DNA of 63,741 nt, counting the filler, from Choristocarpus tenellus KU-1152 (taxonomy: Eukaryota > Protista > Phaeophyceae): NCBI GenBank assembly GCA_964200185.2. It is 11 parts of 11 records of this genome, joined end to end, with 100 filler letters (N's around TTAATTAATTAA, not from the genome) between each part and the next. Parts side by side here need not be neighbours in the genome. Positions count along the whole stretch, not along the records: positions 56,190 to 63,741 come from CAXNAD020005976.1; 10 more parts are not named here. One strand, given 5' to 3'. Of the stretch, positions 59,901 to 63,741 are shown piece by piece. Made by a program: the position numbers and the translations under genes. The notes under the pieces are model-generated. The model saw only the letters and a list, made by a program, of their open reading frames with translations. It searched no databases and was not told the origin of the DNA. The stretch's first letter is position 1. Each line of letters begins with the position of its first letter.

Positions 59901-62773
59901 TCTAATGTCAAAAAGTGGCAGATCCAGTTGCCTTTACCTCACCTGCACTTCAGTATTCTATGACCTCAATGCCTTAAGGTTACCCCTACACCATCCCCCC
60001 CCACAAGGTGTTTCAATAATTCCACATAGTTCTATACCTAAGTCTATGCTTACACCTTGAATCCCAATGTGTCTTCTGTTATCAGAATTTAAATTCCATC
60101 CGATTGAAATATGTTGGGGTCATCAGCTAGCAACAACTGTCACCACTGAATTGCCAAAGTCCGCAACAACCAGCCTATCTTGGAACTCCCACAACAATCA
60201 GAAAATCGCTCTGGATTAGTGGTACGTGACCAAAATCCGAGTATAATGCCTATAATGGTAAATTGTGGGACAGAGCACATTATTTTTCTACACTAGCTGC
60301 CCTTCCTCCCCAACAATTTACAAGAGGAAAACGTACCTTTGTCCTGTGCAACCGCTACCTATCACCCAACAACAGTCCTCATTCAGGAAACAACGTGGAG
60401 AACTCAGAGGATACAAGTGCTTCAACAGGAGAGAAAGCAGCATGGCACACAAGAGTTGGTGTGGACATCGGGGGAAGCACAGTGAAGGTCAAATATTCCT
60501 TCCGAAGAAGTTTGAGGAGGGACTTTATCAGCTGCTGTTGGTGATTCGAACCCTTTGGGTGAAACTAGGGCAAGGGTGAGAGTGATGACAGCGGGGATAG
60601 TCCAACATGGACAAGGGAGGGGTTGGTAGTTCAGCCCTATGACTGATTGTCATTCAAACAATGCAACACACTTGTGCAACTGCTACATCATGAACGGTGC
60701 TCTGCACACCCTTACATGCCATGGTAACTATAAATTGAATCACATAAGACAAGGAGAGGAGCCTCCCCAGTCTCGTAATCTATAAGCCCTCATCCTCCTT
60801 CCCCTTCTATCTCACCACACCACCTTCAGACTCATTGGCAGACTTGGTCGTCCTACTAGCTCCATAAAGGGAGCACTTTGACCTCTGCTTTGCATACTGT
60901 GACCACATCAATTAGGTCTTAGAATCCAAGCTGGTGAAATTGCCGATTTTTTTCCACCACTAGGACATGTGTACTGTTTCAAGGATGATACAGCAGCACA
61001 AGATGATGTTGTACCAATCTATCCTTGGCTTAGAAAAAACGGATAAACCCATGCATTACCTCAGCAACCTTGGTTTGCTAAACCAATCTCCTGATGCTCT
61101 CCCCCTCCTTGTATTGTTGATAATACTGCGCTCTCCTTACTGATGGTGCTTTGTACTGTGCTTTGATTCTTTGGGGATGGGAATATATAGGATACGCAAT
61201 GCCTTTGCAGCAGGGGGCAGGGCAGTTGATGTGATCGACCCCCTCCACAACGCCATTGTCTACTTGCACCTGGGGAGGGTGCTGCTCCAGGAACAAGGAG
61301 ATAATGACATACCCCCCCCAGGCACAGACCCAGAGAGTTTCATTGATACTAGAATAAATGATAGGGCTGTGCAGGGGATGTCTCATCGCGTCAATCCTTC
61401 TAGTGACCACTTGCTAATTGATTATTCTGTGAGTCCTCAAGTAGGGAAAAGAAAGAACAGCATACGGCAGCATGCTTCAACCCCCACGCTATTGCTGGCC
61501 TGGCAGACTGAAGAATTGGTAAACAGTGTCTACCTCCATCGCAACTTCAGCATTGCTTTGTTGCAAGCGTGGAGAAAGATTCAAGAGCAGATGGCTAGGA
61601 ATGGGATATCCGGTTTCTCCTCATCAAGAAGTGAAACAGACAAGGTCACCAACGATGAGGCAGCTGTGAATGAGAGTGCGAAGGCAACAAGAGGCAGAGT
61701 GGATTGGGCAGGTTGCCAGACAATTTGCAAGCAACAAACAATGGAAGGGATGGAAGTGGGAAAGAGGGCGGAGGGTGTTGGAGGCGAAGACCTGTTACGA
61801 AGGGCGGAATGTTGCCTGACACAAGTGCTGAAGACTACCAAAGAGATTTATCACCGCCTTGAGGTTGAAGAGAGGAATGTGACCGAAGTGTCTACATTGG
61901 TTGAGAGTGGAACACATCTTGAGTCACAAAGGACGGAAGAGACAATGGCTCGAACTCAATCACCAGCCTCAGTCTTTGAGGATGGGATGTGTAGGGAGAC
62001 ACGGCAGGTTTCATCAGTCTGTGTGGACCTGCTTGCCCTGAGATGTTCTGTGAGAGAGGGGCTGGGAATGAGGAGGGAGGCCTTAGATGATGTCCGAACA
62101 GCCATTGAGCTTGAGGGAGATGTGCCAAAGCTCTGGCTCAAGGGTGCAGGGCTGGCCCTAAGCGGAGCAGACGAACCTTTGGAGGTAAGTGCATGAGTAG
62201 AGAGACTGCATAGAGAGAGAATCACTAGTCTGTGAGGAATGGCTTGTTTGTTCTGGGGTTGAATGAAGCACAGACATGTCAACAGAAGGCTAGTCTTGGT
62301 GCTATCATAGCAGCAAAACTACCACTGCTCCATATTTCATAGCACTATATATATATGTCACATGCTTGCAACTGGATGGAAGGGATTCCTCCTGCCAGAA
62401 GTGAGTCGTTTTTCAAGTCTCAGTAAGAGCTCATCATGATTCTTTTGCTCTACGTGCAAGGCAAGATGGCCTGCTTCGTGTCAATTGAAGTACCTCAGGT
62501 CTAGGTGAAAGACTTTAGTAAACCTGTGGTGAAATGCTGCTGTTCAACGCACATACAAGATGATCTGGCTCAGCGCGTGTCCCAATGTGATGTCACTAAA
62601 TTTTGAACAGGGTTTCACCCTTCAGAAGCATTACTGTGAATGAGAATCTTATCAACTGCATTAGTGATAGGACGTTACTCAAAACCTCACGAGGTGTGTG
62701 TAAGCCACTCTGGACCTGTCTGCAGGTACTCCAACATGCGAACTATTTGCTCGAAGCCTGTGCAGCAAATTGA
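56980..62773 (+). CDS. Helical, TPR-like protein, partial model; candidate exons 56980-57360, 59562-59645, 61191-62184, 62726-62773
   Basis: Splice-bounded open frames with TPR-like AIVYLHLGRVLLQEQG and LLALRCSVREGLGMRREALDDVRTAIELEGDVPKLWLKGA. At least one exon between 59645 and 61191 is unresolved (phase mismatch). Confidence 0.6.
57684..57942 (+). mobile_element. MITE subfamily A, full copy
   Basis: Both TIRs present; flanks GCG/ACG. Confidence 0.93.
58413..58666 (-). mobile_element. MITE subfamily B, full copy, TSD TTA
   Basis: TTA|GAGTCAAAGCCTTTAAGAGGGTA...TACCCTCTTAAATGCTCTGGGTC|TTA. Confidence 0.93.
59290..59546 (-). mobile_element. MITE subfamily A, full copy, 4-bp TSD GTTG
   Basis: GTTG|GAGTCAAAGTATCTTAGAGGGTA...TACCCTCTAAGGTACTTTCACTC|GTTG. 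Confidence 0.93.
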
Positions 62774-63741
62774 AGATACAAGCTCTAGCTGACCTTTCTA
62801 GTGTATGAGCTTCGACTAAGCACTATATCCTGTTGCCATAATAGACTGATTGAACAAATATAAGATAAGCATACTTTTAAGGAGATCGGTAACCATTATT
62901 GTCTTGGTAAGACGATCGTCCTTGAGGGGGTTAGGGGTTAAAGGCGGGGAGATGTTGCAACTTGAAACGCAGCTCCATTATCTTATCATCTATCACGAGT
63001 GGTTGAATTCTAGATAGGTTGTCCTGTGCCGAAACATTGCTGGCAAGCAATGTATTTTACATTGATGCTCTAAGCTCAGTTGGAAACATTATAAAAGGTT
63101 GTTCTTTTGTGGTCGGGGTAGTTGCTCATGGGCAAACTTACACCTACATGGTTTTAAAGGTCTTTGGTCAAGGTAAAACAACTGTCTGCTCACCTATAGG
63201 CTCAAGTGTGTCTCAAACCCTTGTCACATATAGCAGGGCTAGGCACCTATTGTGCTGCTCACCCGAGCAGGTGCTCCCCTACAGAAGGTGCACCAGCCTC
63301 CTTCACCCTGAAGTGAAGGGTCTGTACCACCAATTTTGAATCCCTCAAAGGTTTTGCAATCCACCCTGTTACCATGCCCAGGCTTTGCGGTTGGCTGGTG
63401 GACTGCTCCAGCTTCACCCTAGCAACATGGAAGGTCTCCTTTTGCGTGCCCAGGTGATGCCAACTCTGGTACTCGTAACAGAACTGCCTGCATTGGGTAT
63501 CCACAGTGATTCCAACTATTTGGGGTTTCCTCACCCCATTATACTGGCAGAATGAAGACAAATATACCTGAGTACAAGGAAAAACACCAGACAATAACTT
63601 TTTGTATATGGAGTGTCATCATTGCTTCAAGGCAGGGAGGGGACCGTTAAACATACTTATATGAAGTGGGGGATAGTCAACCACCCAGTGAAGTAATCTT
63701 TGCCAATCAAGAACATTAAGGCTCAAAGTATCGTCGGGGGG

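Noticed and set aside
60263-60544. VGVDIGGSTVK, resembling a sugar or pantothenate kinase phosphate-1 motif
   Set aside because: No other kinase motifs nearby, and it lies within the TPR-like gene interval; likely coincidental.

Overview
Eukaryotic, intron-rich genomic DNA, not prokaryotic. The window is an artificial concatenation of 11 short contigs joined by identical 100-nt spacers (44 N + TTAATTAATTAA + 44 N), so adjacency across spacers means nothing. TTAGGG-type repeats, transposon-filled introns and a brown-algal-type LINE suggest a photosynthetic stramenopile, probably a brown alga or close relative (inference). By splicing exons manually I reconstructed these partial genes: a JmjC-like (RSBN1/DPY-21-type) protein with a 4.5-kb repeat-rich terminal exon, CacyBP/SIP, an EF-hand protein, an organellar HSP70 C-terminus, PIG-T, a secreted potato-inhibitor-I protein and a TPR-like protein. 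The most notable gene is a 14-exon, phase-consistent fusion of an EXD1-like DEDDy 3'-5' exonuclease to a Ycf45/SpoIIIAA-type P-loop ATPase, with one GC-AG intron. Non-coding DNA is dominated by a clan of short non-autonomous DNA transposons that share one terminal inverted repeat (about 20 copies or ends). They nest in each other, interrupt a copia RNase H and a SET-like ORF, and sit at many contig ends. There is also a second, older MITE family, a decayed LINE and a copia remnant. CpG is depleted in gene bodies but not at gene 5' ends. Coordinates were counted by hand and family calls rest on recalled motifs, not database searches.
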